Positions 18,325-27,923 are shown, counted from the first letter of the stretch. The stretch is DNA of 64,000 nt from Candidatus Moranbacteria bacterium UBA2282 (GCA_002345745.1 DDWQ01000011.1:21995-85994), one strand, 5' to 3'. Numbers and translations: made by a program. Notes: generated by a model not told the origin, from the sequence alone.

Positions 18325-19233
18325 ATGTTTTTAACAATTCACCGTACATTTAAAGAAGCTTTCAAAAATTTTACCAGAAATGGCTGGCTGTCTATTGCGA
18401 CAGTTAGTATTTTAACTATGTCACTTTTCGTGATCAGTGTTTTTTTTGTAGTTACACTGGCTGTGGATAATGTTCTGAATGGCGTGCAAGAAAAAGTTAA
18501 TGTTAGTATCTATTTTAAACCAGATGTGTCAGAAGAAAAAATTGATGAGGTTAAGAGTGCTTTAGAAAAATTTGAAGAAATTAAATCAGTTGACTACATT
18601 TCAAAGGAAAAAGCACTAGAAGATTTTAAAAGAAATAATGCTACGGAACCAGTCATTCTCGCATCCTTGGATGAGATAGGCGAGAACCCATTGCTGGCAT
18701 CATTAATCGTGAAAGCCTATGATGTCAATAAATATCAATTGATTTCTGAATATGTTGAGAAGGCTGAATTTAGTTCGGATATAAGTCGGGTGAATTATGG
18801 AAAGAATAAAGATATTATAGATAAATTAAATGGCTTTATTGCTGTCACTAGAAAGGTTGGCATTGGATTGGGATCACTCTTCACATTAATTTCACTACTA
18901 GTAACATTTAATGCAATTCGCATCACAATCTATACGCACAAAAGCGAGATTGAAATTATGCGTCTAGTTGGTGCTTCTAATATGTTCATTCGCTTGCCGT
19001 TTATTTTCGAAGGAGTTCTCTATGGAATTTTGAGTGGTATGATTTCAATGTTGATATTATTCACCTCAATTAAACTCATAGCCATATATGCACCTTCTAT
19101 TAGTCTCGTGAGTAGCTTAATGAGTATATATCTCGGAAATTTCTGGATACTATTTGCTGGTCAAGTTGCTCTCGGATCACTCCTTGGCATCATCGGCAGT
19201 TTCATCGCAATGCGTAAATATTTGAAAGTGTAA
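18325..19233 (+). CDS. ftsX: cell division permease FtsX
   Basis: 4-TM FtsX topology with a large periplasmic loop. Immediately downstream of ftsE. Confidence 0.85.
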   Translation: MFLTIHRTFKEAFKNFTRNGWLSIATVSILTMSLFVISVFFVVTLAVDNVLNGVQEKVNVSIYFKPDVSEEKIDEVKSALEKFEEIKSVDYISKEKALEDFKRNNATEPVILASLDEIGENPLLASLIVKAYDVNKYQLISEYVEKAEFSSDISRVNYGKNKDIIDKLNGFIAVTRKVGIGLGSLFTLISLLVTFNAIRITIYTHKSEIEIMRLVGASNMFIRLPFIFEGVLYGILSGMISMLILFTSIKLIAIYAPSISLVSSLMSIYLGNFWILFAGQVALGSLLGIIGSFIAMRKYLKV

Positions 19234-19426
19234 GCTGGTTTCATTCTTACAAAAACCAAAAAGGCTATCTTTCACGGATAGTTTTTTTTGCTTTTCAAAT
19301 GTTTAGCCGTACACACACAGTTTGACTTCTATGCCAAACTATGCTATAATTAAGAACAAGTTAAGGAAAGTCCTTTCATAATTTTCGATGTATGAACAGA
19401 TAACATAGCCAAGGAGGAGGAGAAAG

Positions 19427-19720
19427 ATGATGTGTATAATAAAATGGTTTTTTTGGCTACCCTTGGTAGTTGCAAGGATATTACCGAAGGAATCTGAACC
19501 AGAGTATATAACTGACTGCTGTCTTTTTGCGTCATTAGGCATAGTAGTTATTGCTATGAGTGCTTTTCTTGGAAGATGGCTCAATGTAGAACTTGTAATT
19601 AGTTCTTTTGCATTGAGCGAGAGACCATTGTCGCTCATAGTGGGAACTTCAACCTATCTAACTCTTGGTATGATAGCACATCGTTCTCTCAAGCTACGAT
19701 GGGAAAGAGGTATTATCTAA
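19427..19720 (+). CDS. hypothetical small hydrophobic protein (uncertain; region may instead be non-coding RNA)
   Basis: Unusually strong SD AAGGAGGAGGAGAAAGATGATG and an upstream TATGCTATAAT -10 box. No recognisable domain. An overlapping antisense ORF also exists. Confidence 0.25.
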   Translation: MMCIIKWFFWLPLVVARILPKESEPEYITDCCLFASLGIVVIAMSAFLGRWLNVELVISSFALSERPLSLIVGTSTYLTLGMIAHRSLKLRWERGII

Positions 19721-19744
19721 TGCTAAGCAGTTTTCTGTCGTGAC

Positions 19745-19790
19745 AGCTCGGAGCTTATAAAGCTTTGAGCTGTTTTTTTAACGCTCAGAG
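19745..19790 (+). terminator. hairpin plus T-tract downstream of 19427-19720
   Basis: CAGCTCGGAGCTTATAAAGCTTTGAGCTG followed by TTTTTTT. Confidence 0.5.
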
Positions 19791-19829
19791 CGTGATTTGA
19801 TCGTTTATTATAGAGATGACTCTTTGATT

Positions 19830-19847
19830 TGTTGGAGGGGAGGGATT
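19830..19847. repeat. 18-bp direct repeat of tRNA-Gln 3' end (TGTTGGAGGGGAGGGATT), copy 1
   Basis: Identical to 20037-20054, which is the 3' end of the tRNA-Gln gene on the minus strand. Confidence 0.8.
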
Positions 19848-20038
19848 TTCGTCCTCTTCGCCTAAGGCGAATCGTTGTCCTGGGCAGCACTGAATACTCG
19901 CTCGCTCGTATCCATCGACTCTCGACTGCTCCGCCTTAAAGCGGCTTGTCTCGCTCCTGCACGTTCGAATCCCTAGTAGTTTTTAATTTGGCTTAATTAA
20001 AAATAATGTCTTGGGGATACTTTTTTAAATTTTATCTG

Positions 20039-20109
20039 TTGGAGGGGAGGGATTCGAACCCCCGATGCAAGGACCAGAACCTTGTGCCTTACCACTTGGC
20101 GACTCTCCA
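20039..20109 (-). tRNA. tRNA-Gln (anticodon CTG)
   Basis: The reverse complement reads TGGAGAGTCGCCAAGTGGTAAGGCACAAGGTTCTGGTCCTTGCATCGGGGGTTCGAATCCCTCCCCTCCA. It has a U1-A72 pair and D-arm like E. coli tRNA-Gln. Confidence 0.85.
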
Positions 20110-20256
20110 ATATATGATAGTATTTATATATCGTATATCAAATTGTTTGAAAAATCAACCAAACTATACGTAAGTCTTTACATACATGAGTCTGTACTTG
20201 CATAAATAAAAATAGTATGTTATAATTAGTATTCAAAAAACTTTAATATTTTTGTT

Positions 20257-20973
20257 ATGGAAATGCCAGAATATCCAATGAGAATTAATCGATACCTTGC
20301 TAAGAGGAATTTTTGCAGTCGGCGCGAAGCTGATGGTTTAATTGAGAAAGGATTGGTCACCATTAATGGGAAAAAGGCAGTGCTTGGAGCTAAGGTGAAC
20401 GAGGAAGACAAGGTTGAAATTAATACTAAAAACAAGGCGACCATAAAACATCGTCAATATTTTGCTTATTATAAACCAATTGGTGTTATTACACATTCTC
20501 CCGAAGAAGGACAACAGGGAATTGAAGATGTCGCTAATTTTTCCCCAGAATTTTTTCCTTTGGGCAGATTAGATAAAGATTCACATGGCTTGATTATTAT
20601 GACCAATGACGGACGCATTACTGATAAATTGTTGAATCCAAAATATGAACATGAAAAAGAATATGTTGTGCGAGTTAACAAAAAAATTAACAATTTCTTC
20701 ATACGGCATATGAGCGAGGGGATTGATTTAGAAGACTTTCGCACAAAAATGGCGACAGTGGAAAAAATAGGTGAGCAAGTTTTTAGAATAGTTTTGGTAG
20801 AAGGAAAGAAACATCAAATTCGCAGAATGTGTACAGCTTTGGGTTATGAAGTTGTAGATTTGAAACGTGTGCGAGTAATGAATCTTAAATTAGGAAGCTT
20901 GAAACCAAATCAAAAAAAGGAAATTAAAGAAGAAGAGCTAGAAATATTTTTAAAGAGTTTAGAGATAATATAA
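20257..20973 (+). CDS. rRNA pseudouridine synthase (RsuA/RluB family) with S4 domain
   Basis: S4-like N-terminus (RINRYLAKRNFCSRREAD), catalytic motif GRLDKDSHGLIIMTNDG and KHQIRRM. Confidence 0.85.
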   Translation: MEMPEYPMRINRYLAKRNFCSRREADGLIEKGLVTINGKKAVLGAKVNEEDKVEINTKNKATIKHRQYFAYYKPIGVITHSPEEGQQGIEDVANFSPEFFPLGRLDKDSHGLIIMTNDGRITDKLLNPKYEHEKEYVVRVNKKINNFFIRHMSEGIDLEDFRTKMATVEKIGEQVFRIVLVEGKKHQIRRMCTALGYEVVDLKRVRVMNLKLGSLKPNQKKEIKEEELEIFLKSLEII

Positions 20974-20993
20974 TTTTGTAATTTTGTAGGTTT

Positions 20994-21953
20994 ATGTTAA
21001 CTGATGAAGTAAAAATTGAAGTCTTCGCGGGACGTGGAGGAGATGGCGTAGTTGCTTTTAATAAGACTAAGATGAGTCTTGGTCCAACTGGTGGCACTGG
21101 TGGTCGTGGTGGAAATGTATATTTCCAAGGCGTTTCGAACTTGTCTGCATTGAATAAATATAAAAACAAACCAAAGCATTATGCTGGCAATGGGAAGAAT
21201 GGTCAAGGTGATAATTCTGATGGTCGCTCGGGTGAGAACATAACTCTGACTGTGCCAATTGGTTCTGTTTTGCACAATCTGACTACTGGTGAAGATATTG
21301 ATATAGTAACAATCGATAAGCCAATTTTAGTTGCCAGTGGTGGCTTTGGCGGGAGAGGAAATTTTTGTTTTCGTTCACCTGTGAACACTTCACCAGAAGA
21401 ATCTGAAGAAGGCTCTGTAGGAGAAGAATTTGAATTTCGTATTGAACTGAGATTAATCGCAGATATTGGCTTGGTTGGATTGCCTAATATCGGAAAATCG
21501 AGCCTACTTAACGAATTAACTAAAGCAGATGTCAAAGTAGCTAACTATGAATTTACAACTCTAGAACCAAATCTAGGAGCTATGGATGGCATTATAATTG
21601 CTGATATTCCTGGACTTATTGAAGGTGCATCAACGGGCAGAGGTTTGGGCATAAAATTTTTAAAACACATCAAAAGAACAAAAGCATTAGTTCATTGTAT
21701 TTCACTTGAATCAGAAAATCCCGAGAAGGACTATGCTATAATTAAAAAAGAGCTAGGAGATTTTGATCCAGAGCTTTTGGATAAAAAAGAAATAATTTTG
21801 TTAACTAAATCAGACTTAATAGACGCGGTGGAAATTGCTAAAAAAGTTGCAGAAATTGAGAAAATTAATCCAAGAGTTGAAGTTGTTTCTATTCACGACT
21901 GGGACAGCTTGCAACATATTCGCAAAGTTTTTTTGGAACTAGCCAGCAGGTAG
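20994..21953 (+). CDS. obg: GTPase Obg/CgtA
   Basis: Glycine-rich Obg fold N-terminus (AGRGGDGVVAF...GGTGGRGGNVYF) and G1 GLPNIGKSSL. Confidence 0.9.
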   Translation: MLTDEVKIEVFAGRGGDGVVAFNKTKMSLGPTGGTGGRGGNVYFQGVSNLSALNKYKNKPKHYAGNGKNGQGDNSDGRSGENITLTVPIGSVLHNLTTGEDIDIVTIDKPILVASGGFGGRGNFCFRSPVNTSPEESEEGSVGEEFEFRIELRLIADIGLVGLPNIGKSSLLNELTKADVKVANYEFTTLEPNLGAMDGIIIADIPGLIEGASTGRGLGIKFLKHIKRTKALVHCISLESENPEKDYAIIKKELGDFDPELLDKKEIILLTKSDLIDAVEIAKKVAEIEKINPRVEVVSIHDWDSLQHIRKVFLELASR

Positions 21954-21990
21954 GTATGGGAAGTAATAACTAATCTAATTTAAAATAAAA

Positions 21991-22206
21991 ATGGAAGGAA
22001 TAAATTTAAATATATTATTTGCAATTGTCGCATGGTCGCTACCATGGAAGGGTTTTGCTCTTTGGAAATCGGCACGACGAGGTGATAATATTTGGTTCAT
22101 CGTTTTACTACTTATTAATACCGCTGGCATCTTGGAAATAGCGTATCTGTTTTTATTCTCTAACAAACGCAAAGTTATAATTGATCCAAATGAAAGAGCT
22201 ATTTAA
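21991..22206 (+). CDS. small hypothetical membrane protein
   Basis: Two hydrophobic helices. No known motif. Confidence 0.35.
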   Translation: MEGINLNILFAIVAWSLPWKGFALWKSARRGDNIWFIVLLLINTAGILEIAYLFLFSNKRKVIIDPNERAI

Positions 22207-22226
22207 TTAAATTTATTGGAAGGAAT

Positions 22227-22937
22227 ATGTATTGGCTATATTTGATAATTTTCACAATTGCTGTGATGATTCCTGACATTTTTAAAAGTGATGTTTTTGG
22301 ATTACATCATGAACAGATACAAGAGTTAGCAATTTTTCTATTAGGAATGGCTGGCTTTTTATTTTTTATAGCTAAAGATCATCAACTAGCAATTCATCAT
22401 AAAGAAAAGGAACGTGAGCAACGAAGATTGCAACAGACAGCGAAGGATTTGGTTGAATCATATAGCTATATCGGCGAGATAAATCGTAAAATGGATATGT
22501 TAATGCATATTGGTTTAGGTTTATCAGAAAGATCTACTTTAAATGAAAAACAAGAGCACGAAATTTATCAAGCAATTATTGATTCAACAACTTCTCTTTT
22601 GAAAGCACGATGCTCAACAATTAGGTTCGTACAGGTGGATACCGGCAGAATTGTAAAAGACGTGGTTTTTGACGAAAAGTGCCGTTCGTTTAAAGATGGC
22701 ATTAATTTTTTTGAGATGGAAGATGATATTTATATGAAAAACGTTGAAGATTTTATGATTTTTCGTTCAGAAAAAACTATGAATGGAATAAAGAGTTATT
22801 TGATTGTTAAATCGCCAGATAAATTTTTAAGTGAAAATAATAACAATCAAGAAATTATAAAATATTTAACTGCACAGGCATTATTTCTATATTCATATTT
22901 AGCGAAATCATCAATCTACCAAAAAAAGAAACAATAA
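22227..22937 (+). CDS. hypothetical membrane-anchored protein
   Basis: Two N-terminal TM helices. No recognisable domain. Confidence 0.4.
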   Translation: MYWLYLIIFTIAVMIPDIFKSDVFGLHHEQIQELAIFLLGMAGFLFFIAKDHQLAIHHKEKEREQRRLQQTAKDLVESYSYIGEINRKMDMLMHIGLGLSERSTLNEKQEHEIYQAIIDSTTSLLKARCSTIRFVQVDTGRIVKDVVFDEKCRSFKDGINFFEMEDDIYMKNVEDFMIFRSEKTMNGIKSYLIVKSPDKFLSENNNNQEIIKYLTAQALFLYSYLAKSSIYQKKKQ

Positions 22938-22942
22938 AAAAT

Positions 22943-23770
22943 CTATTTTACAATTTCGTAGTTTTTGTTTTTCCAGTCGTTCAATCCATTTGAGAGTGTG
23001 AGAGTGTTAAAAAATCCCATATCAAATAATCTGACTGCTGCTTGAAAAGCCTCTAGCTCAGTATCGCCATAAAGAATAATTTTTTTATTGGAAGGAATCT
23101 CTTGGTTCCTTTTTTCAAGGTCAGCTAGAAAGATATTGATAGCACCAGCTAGGTGACCTGCATTAAATTGCTCTTTTTTTCTAACATCAATTAATGCAAT
23201 ATTAGTATCAGCTTTTAATAGTTCTTGCAATTTTTCAGCTTGAATATATGTAACTTTTGACTGGTCAACAAAAGAACTTGGGTCACCCGCAAAAATTGTT
23301 GGATTATAACCTGCCTTCCAAGCAGAAAATCCACCCTCCAGATAGGATATATTATTAAATCCCATGTTGGTCATATTTTTTACAACTGTCGCAATTAATT
23401 CTACTGATGAATCATAATCAATCAGAACATAGGATTTATTTTTATCAAGGGCAGTCATTGCAGTCGAAACTGTTATAAAAGGCACGCTATTGGAATTGAG
23501 TATATGTTCTTCAGTAAAATTATCAGAGCTACGCATATCAATCAAAGTTAGATCATTCTGATGATCCATCATTTTTGTAGCCAAATCATCGCTGGAAATT
23601 TTTGTAGCTTTGCGTATATTTTCAGTGATGCTATTCGTAGAAGAAGCCGTAGTATTATTTAAAGTATTCTTAACATTTTTTGCTTTGAAAAAAGCCATCC
23701 CAGATATAATAGCGATTAGAAAAAAACCTAGACCTAGGGCAATAACATTACTGTGAATATTTTTTTTCAT
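22943..23770 (-). CDS. tandem rhodanese-like domain protein lacking catalytic cysteine (signal/TM anchored)
   Basis: Two rhodanese-like segments (EEHILNSNSVPF, NAGHLAGAINIF). The protein contains no Cys at all, and Asp occupies the active-site positions (YVLIDYDSS, IILYGDTEL). Confidence 0.7.
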   Translation of the reverse strand: MKKNIHSNVIALGLGFFLIAIISGMAFFKAKNVKNTLNNTTASSTNSITENIRKATKISSDDLATKMMDHQNDLTLIDMRSSDNFTEEHILNSNSVPFITVSTAMTALDKNKSYVLIDYDSSVELIATVVKNMTNMGFNNISYLEGGFSAWKAGYNPTIFAGDPSSFVDQSKVTYIQAEKLQELLKADTNIALIDVRKKEQFNAGHLAGAINIFLADLEKRNQEIPSNKKIILYGDTELEAFQAAVRLFDMGFFNTLTLSNGLNDWKNKNYEIVK

Positions 23771-23826
23771 ATTTAATTAATATTATATTTGTATTCAGAA
23801 AGCCGTAAATGATGTATTTATTATAA

Positions 23827-24777
23827 CTAATTTTTCAAAATACTACCAATAAGATCCCTATGACCATTTAGAAAATCAACTATTTTTGTATTTGGCTTGC
23901 CCTCTAATTGCACCTCTAGGAGTTCAATCATGCCATAATTTGTTTGAACGTAAATCATATTATCAATTTCAAAAACCTCACCATTCTGATGAGAGGTAAT
24001 ATTTGTCGCAGTAATTTTAATATTATTTAATTTTAATCGTTTATTATTCCAAATGGTAAAAATTCCTGGCCAAGTGCTGAAAGCTCGGTACTTATTGTAA
24101 ATTGTTTGTGCTGAATCATTCCAACTAATTTGTCCATCCTCTTTTTTAATCATTTTGCAATAAGTTGCACTAGTATCATCTTGTTTTTGCGGAACTATTT
24201 CACCAGCTAGCCATTTTGGTAATGTATCCAAAAGAGTTTGTATGGATAGTCTTGTTAATTTTTTTTCAAGTTCAATATATTTTTCTGTAGCAGTAACTAC
24301 AACTTCCACTTGTTTGAGAATCGCGCCGGTGTCCATATTTGCATCCATTAACATTATCGTTGTGCCGGTTATTTTTTCTCCATTTAACAACACATTTTGG
24401 ATGGGGGATGGACCACGAAATTTCGGCAAAAGTGAAGGATGAATATTAACCGCACCAAATCTGGGTGCATCCAAAACAGCTGGCGGTAATATTTTTCCGT
24501 AAGCAATGAGAATTATTAACTCGGGTTTTTGCTCGCATAACTGTTTAATGGCAGTCTCATTTAATTTGTGTGGATCATAGACGGGAATATTGTTTTTTTC
24601 AGCTAGCATTTTTACGGGTGATTTTTGAACGACTTGCTTTCTTCCAACTTTTTTGTCTGGTTGAGTATAGGCGCTAATAATATTATAACCATCCTGTAAA
24701 AGCGCTGCGAATATATCCGCAGAAATATCTGGCGTGCCCATAAAAATAATGCGTAAATCTTTTTTATTTTCTAACAT
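23827..24777 (-). CDS. fmt: methionyl-tRNA formyltransferase
   Basis: RIIFMGTPDISADIFAALL N-terminus and the formyltransferase SLLP motif (NIHPSLLPKFRGPSPIQ). Confidence 0.9.
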   Translation of the reverse strand: MLENKKDLRIIFMGTPDISADIFAALLQDGYNIISAYTQPDKKVGRKQVVQKSPVKMLAEKNNIPVYDPHKLNETAIKQLCEQKPELIILIAYGKILPPAVLDAPRFGAVNIHPSLLPKFRGPSPIQNVLLNGEKITGTTIMLMDANMDTGAILKQVEVVVTATEKYIELEKKLTRLSIQTLLDTLPKWLAGEIVPQKQDDTSATYCKMIKKEDGQISWNDSAQTIYNKYRAFSTWPGIFTIWNNKRLKLNNIKITATNITSHQNGEVFEIDNMIYVQTNYGMIELLEVQLEGKPNTKIVDFLNGHRDLIGSILKN

Positions 24778-24783
24778 AATAAT

Positions 24784-25248
24784 TTATTTTTTCTTTTTTC
24801 GAACTTTAACTTCTTTCTCGATAAAAACTTTGCCATCCAGATGATCTATTTCATGTTGCAAGGCACGCGACAAAAGACCTTCTGCTTTGATAGTGACTTC
24901 TTCTCCTAATTCATTTTGCGCTTTGACGCGAACCTTTTTGTGTCTCTTGACTGGAATAAATTTTCCGGGAAAAGAAAGGCAACCTTCTTCCCAAGTTTCT
25001 TTCAAATAGGATTTATAAGTAACCCGCGGATTGATTAGAATATATGTTTCATTCTCTACGCGAATAACGCAGAGTCGGAGAGATTTTCCAACTTGCGGAG
25101 CGGCCAAACCGACACCATTATTTTTTTCCATTGTCTCAAGCATATCAGAAATAAGTTTTTTGATGGAAGCTTTTTTGATATCCAAAATCAGCTCAGTTTT
25201 TTGTAAGAGAATTGGATTGGGATATTCAACTATTTTTAGTTCAGTCAT
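24784..25248 (-). CDS. def: peptide deformylase
   Basis: Three PDF motifs: GVGLAAPQVG, EGCLSFPG and HEIDHLDG. Confidence 0.92.
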   Translation of the reverse strand: MTELKIVEYPNPILLQKTELILDIKKASIKKLISDMLETMEKNNGVGLAAPQVGKSLRLCVIRVENETYILINPRVTYKSYLKETWEEGCLSFPGKFIPVKRHKKVRVKAQNELGEEVTIKAEGLLSRALQHEIDHLDGKVFIEKEVKVRKKKK

Positions 25249-25290
25249 ATATTTGAGTGGTTATTAAAGCCCAGTTTTAGGCACCCTTGC

Positions 25291-27306
25291 TTAAATTATG
25301 CTAATTGGATCAACATCAATTATCCAGCCAGCGGGCAATGCCACTAATATTTTTTGCAGTTCTGGTGAAATTAATTTATTTTTTAACTTTATGATTATTT
25401 GTTTTCGACGGCGTCCCCGAACAGTAGCGACAAAAGAATCTTGCGGTTCGGAAATTTTGATGTTTTCGTCGACTAGGTTTTCCAAAGATTGATACAAGGC
25501 ATCTACTGCCTTAGAAACTTTTTGCATATCGTAGTCTTGAAAAACTAATTTAATCAATTTGCCAAAAGGTGGCAATGATAAGTCTTCACGCTCTTTGATT
25601 TCTTTCTCAAAAAATTGTTTGAAGTTTCGTTCAGCTGCAAAACGGAAAAGCTCTAGATTTGGATTGAATGTTTGAATAATTACTAATCCTCGAAATTTTG
25701 CATTCGGTCGATTGGATCTTCCTGCAACCTGCACAATATTTTGAAAGGCGCGGGTGTTTACAGAAAAATCAGGAATGGACACCATATTATCCGCGTCAAT
25801 TATACCAATTAAGGCGACATTTGGCAAATCCCAGCCCTTGGTCAGCATCTGTGTGCCAATTAAAATATCAATCTTGCCCGAAGCAAAATCGTGATAAATT
25901 TTTTCTTGCACGCCAGACTCTTTCATTGTTTGGGAATCCATGCGTGCAATTCTGGCGGAGGCAAACATCGAAGCGATCTCGCGTTCAATTTTTTGCGTGC
26001 CCAGCCCAATGTTTTGAAAGATCAAACCTTTGCATTTGGAACACTCGGGTGTGATGGAAGTTTTATAAGTGCAACTTACACATTTATAGACACCGCTATT
26101 GTCATAAATCAGCGCGCGTTCACAGTTGGGACAACGCAAAACTGTTTTGCAACCAGTGCAAATGGAAAAACTGCTCATGCCTTGGCGATTAATAAATAAA
26201 ATAGTCTGCAATTTATTTTTAAGGGCATAGGCGATTTCTGTGCGTAATTTTCGTGAGATAGGGGAATGATTCTTCTCCCACTTTTCTTTTTTCAAATCAA
26301 TAATTACAACTTCTGGACCAGTATAATCTTTTTTGGGTGCACCGGGGATTTCTAAATGTGGAATTTCAACGAGAGTTAATTCTTGAGTAAGTGTTTTTTG
26401 ATAAGATTCAATTCTGGGTGTCGCGGAGCCAAAAATAATTTTACATTTGTGCAGTTCGGCTAACTTTTCCGCCACTGTGCGAGCGTCATAGCGGGGATTC
26501 ATCTCCCATTGTTTATAGGACATATCCTGTTCTTCATCCACCACAATCAAACCCAGCTTTTTAAACGGCGCAAAAATAGCCATACGCGTACCAATAATAA
26601 TTTTGGTTTCGCCAGCTTGAATCTTTTGCCATTGTGTATAATATTCACCTTTGGAAACCTTGCTGGTCAAAACTGCAATATTTTCTCGACCGAATTGTGC
26701 ACTATATCTTTCAATGGCTTGCGGGGTGAGCGTCAGTTCCGGCACCAAAATTAACGCTTGTTCATTTTTTTTGAGATTTTTAATTGCTTCGATGTAAATC
26801 TCAGTCTTTCCAGATCCAGCGGGACCGTAAAGAAGAAAGTTTGTAGTTGGTAGTTTGTAGTTGGTAGATATTTTATTTATCGCGTTTTTTTGTTCGGGCG
26901 TGAGAACCACTCGAGGCTTAGCCTCTGATAGGTTTTTTGACACTTCGAGGCTAAGCTTCTTAATCGTTCGCGCTTTAACTCTTTTTGGGATAAAAGATCT
27001 TAGTACAATTCCCAACGGTGAAAAATAATAATCACTCAAAAATTGCGCCAATGCAATTTGTTTCTTATCTAGAAAATTTTCTTTGCTCACAGCTGAAACT
27101 TTTTTTAGTTCGATGTTGCCGAGTCGCTCGAAGTCTGGGCGATTGCCAGTCACAATTCCTTCCACTGTCCGATGAAAAAGCGGCACGGAAACCAGTGACC
27201 CGGCTGGGATTTCAACATCGGATAAATAGGAAAAAGACTGGTTCCGTGACAACGGAATCCTTGCAATCGGCACAACGTCAACAATGATTTTCACAGGTTT
27301 TTGCAT
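25291..27306 (-). CDS. priA: primosomal protein N' (PriA helicase)
   Basis: Walker A GPAGSGKTE, DEAH-like VVDEEQD, and a Cys-rich zinc-binding insert (CTGCKTVLRCPNC...CVSC...CSKC). Confidence 0.9.
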   Translation of the reverse strand: MQKPVKIIVDVVPIARIPLSRNQSFSYLSDVEIPAGSLVSVPLFHRTVEGIVTGNRPDFERLGNIELKKVSAVSKENFLDKKQIALAQFLSDYYFSPLGIVLRSFIPKRVKARTIKKLSLEVSKNLSEAKPRVVLTPEQKNAINKISTNYKLPTTNFLLYGPAGSGKTEIYIEAIKNLKKNEQALILVPELTLTPQAIERYSAQFGRENIAVLTSKVSKGEYYTQWQKIQAGETKIIIGTRMAIFAPFKKLGLIVVDEEQDMSYKQWEMNPRYDARTVAEKLAELHKCKIIFGSATPRIESYQKTLTQELTLVEIPHLEIPGAPKKDYTGPEVVIIDLKKEKWEKNHSPISRKLRTEIAYALKNKLQTILFINRQGMSSFSICTGCKTVLRCPNCERALIYDNSGVYKCVSCTYKTSITPECSKCKGLIFQNIGLGTQKIEREIASMFASARIARMDSQTMKESGVQEKIYHDFASGKIDILIGTQMLTKGWDLPNVALIGIIDADNMVSIPDFSVNTRAFQNIVQVAGRSNRPNAKFRGLVIIQTFNPNLELFRFAAERNFKQFFEKEIKEREDLSLPPFGKLIKLVFQDYDMQKVSKAVDALYQSLENLVDENIKISEPQDSFVATVRGRRRKQIIIKLKNKLISPELQKILVALPAGWIIDVDPISII
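26838..26865. repeat. 14-bp unit AGTTTGTAGTTGGT in perfect tandem (x2) inside priA; a third inverted copy at 48931-48946
   Basis: Direct reading. On the coding strand this encodes ...STNYKLPTTN... Confidence 0.7.
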
Positions 27307-27518
27307 ATCTCTATTCTATCAAGTTTGCAGACACTCCGCCATATTTGACAATTTCGTTATAATGTGCAATAGTTATTTATTCGAGGAAAGTTCTTTTTTA
27401 TTATATATACTGGCGTTATTAACCTCGCACAACTAACTCAACGCATAGGAAAAATGAAATGAGTGAGACAACTTGTTGTTTGAGAACTTGAATCCAAAAA
27501 TACTGGGAGGGTGGCACG

Positions 27519-27809
27519 ATGAAAAAATTTTATCAATGTGAAATATGTGATACTTTGTATGCTAGCGAAGAAAAAGCTTTGGCATGCGAGGCACTTGGAT
27601 TTAATCCACTGTATGAAATTGATGACAAAGTGATGTATGAGGGTGCGGTCGTCATTATTACCCATCGTAGTATTTGCGAATTAACACATGCTTTTATCTA
27701 TAGATTTTCTATGAACGCAGAGGATAATCCTGGTAAAATTCTTTCTTCGTGCGGATGGCAAAATGAAGAAAAATTATCTCCACAACACAATCTGCAAGGC
27801 TGTGCCTAA
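27519..27809 (+). CDS. hypothetical Cys-containing small protein
   Basis: Good SD (GGGAGGGTGGCACGATG). CEIC...C motifs. No assignable family. Confidence 0.4.
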   Translation: MKKFYQCEICDTLYASEEKALACEALGFNPLYEIDDKVMYEGAVVIITHRSICELTHAFIYRFSMNAEDNPGKILSSCGWQNEEKLSPQHNLQGCA

Positions 27810-27889
27810 AAAGCAAAAATTCGGCAATGTTCGAAAAATCGTCAAAAAAGGGGCGGAAAAATTCCAATCCTTTTTTATTTTACCAAATA

Positions 27890-27923
27890 TTAACATAATC
27901 TTACGGTCGTAAGTTAATGTTGG
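27890..27923. repeat. palindrome-containing element copy A (core CTTACGGTCGTAAG)
   Basis: TTAACATAATCTTACGGTCGTAAGTTAATGTTGG. The first 16 nt are identical to copy C. Confidence 0.75.

Noticed and set aside
19340-19440. RNase P RNA suggested by the GGAAAGTCC string
   Set aside because: The other conserved regions (CR-II/III/IV) and proper P4 pairing partner are absent, the nearby ACAGATAACATAGCC is only a weak CR-V-like string at the wrong spacing, and the available space is too short.
19890-19985. Putative tRNA or tmRNA end (GTTCGAATCCC on the plus strand) in the GC-rich block
   Set aside because: No compatible T-stem or acceptor stem and no CCA/tag reading frame. It is retained only as part of the att-like remnant finding.
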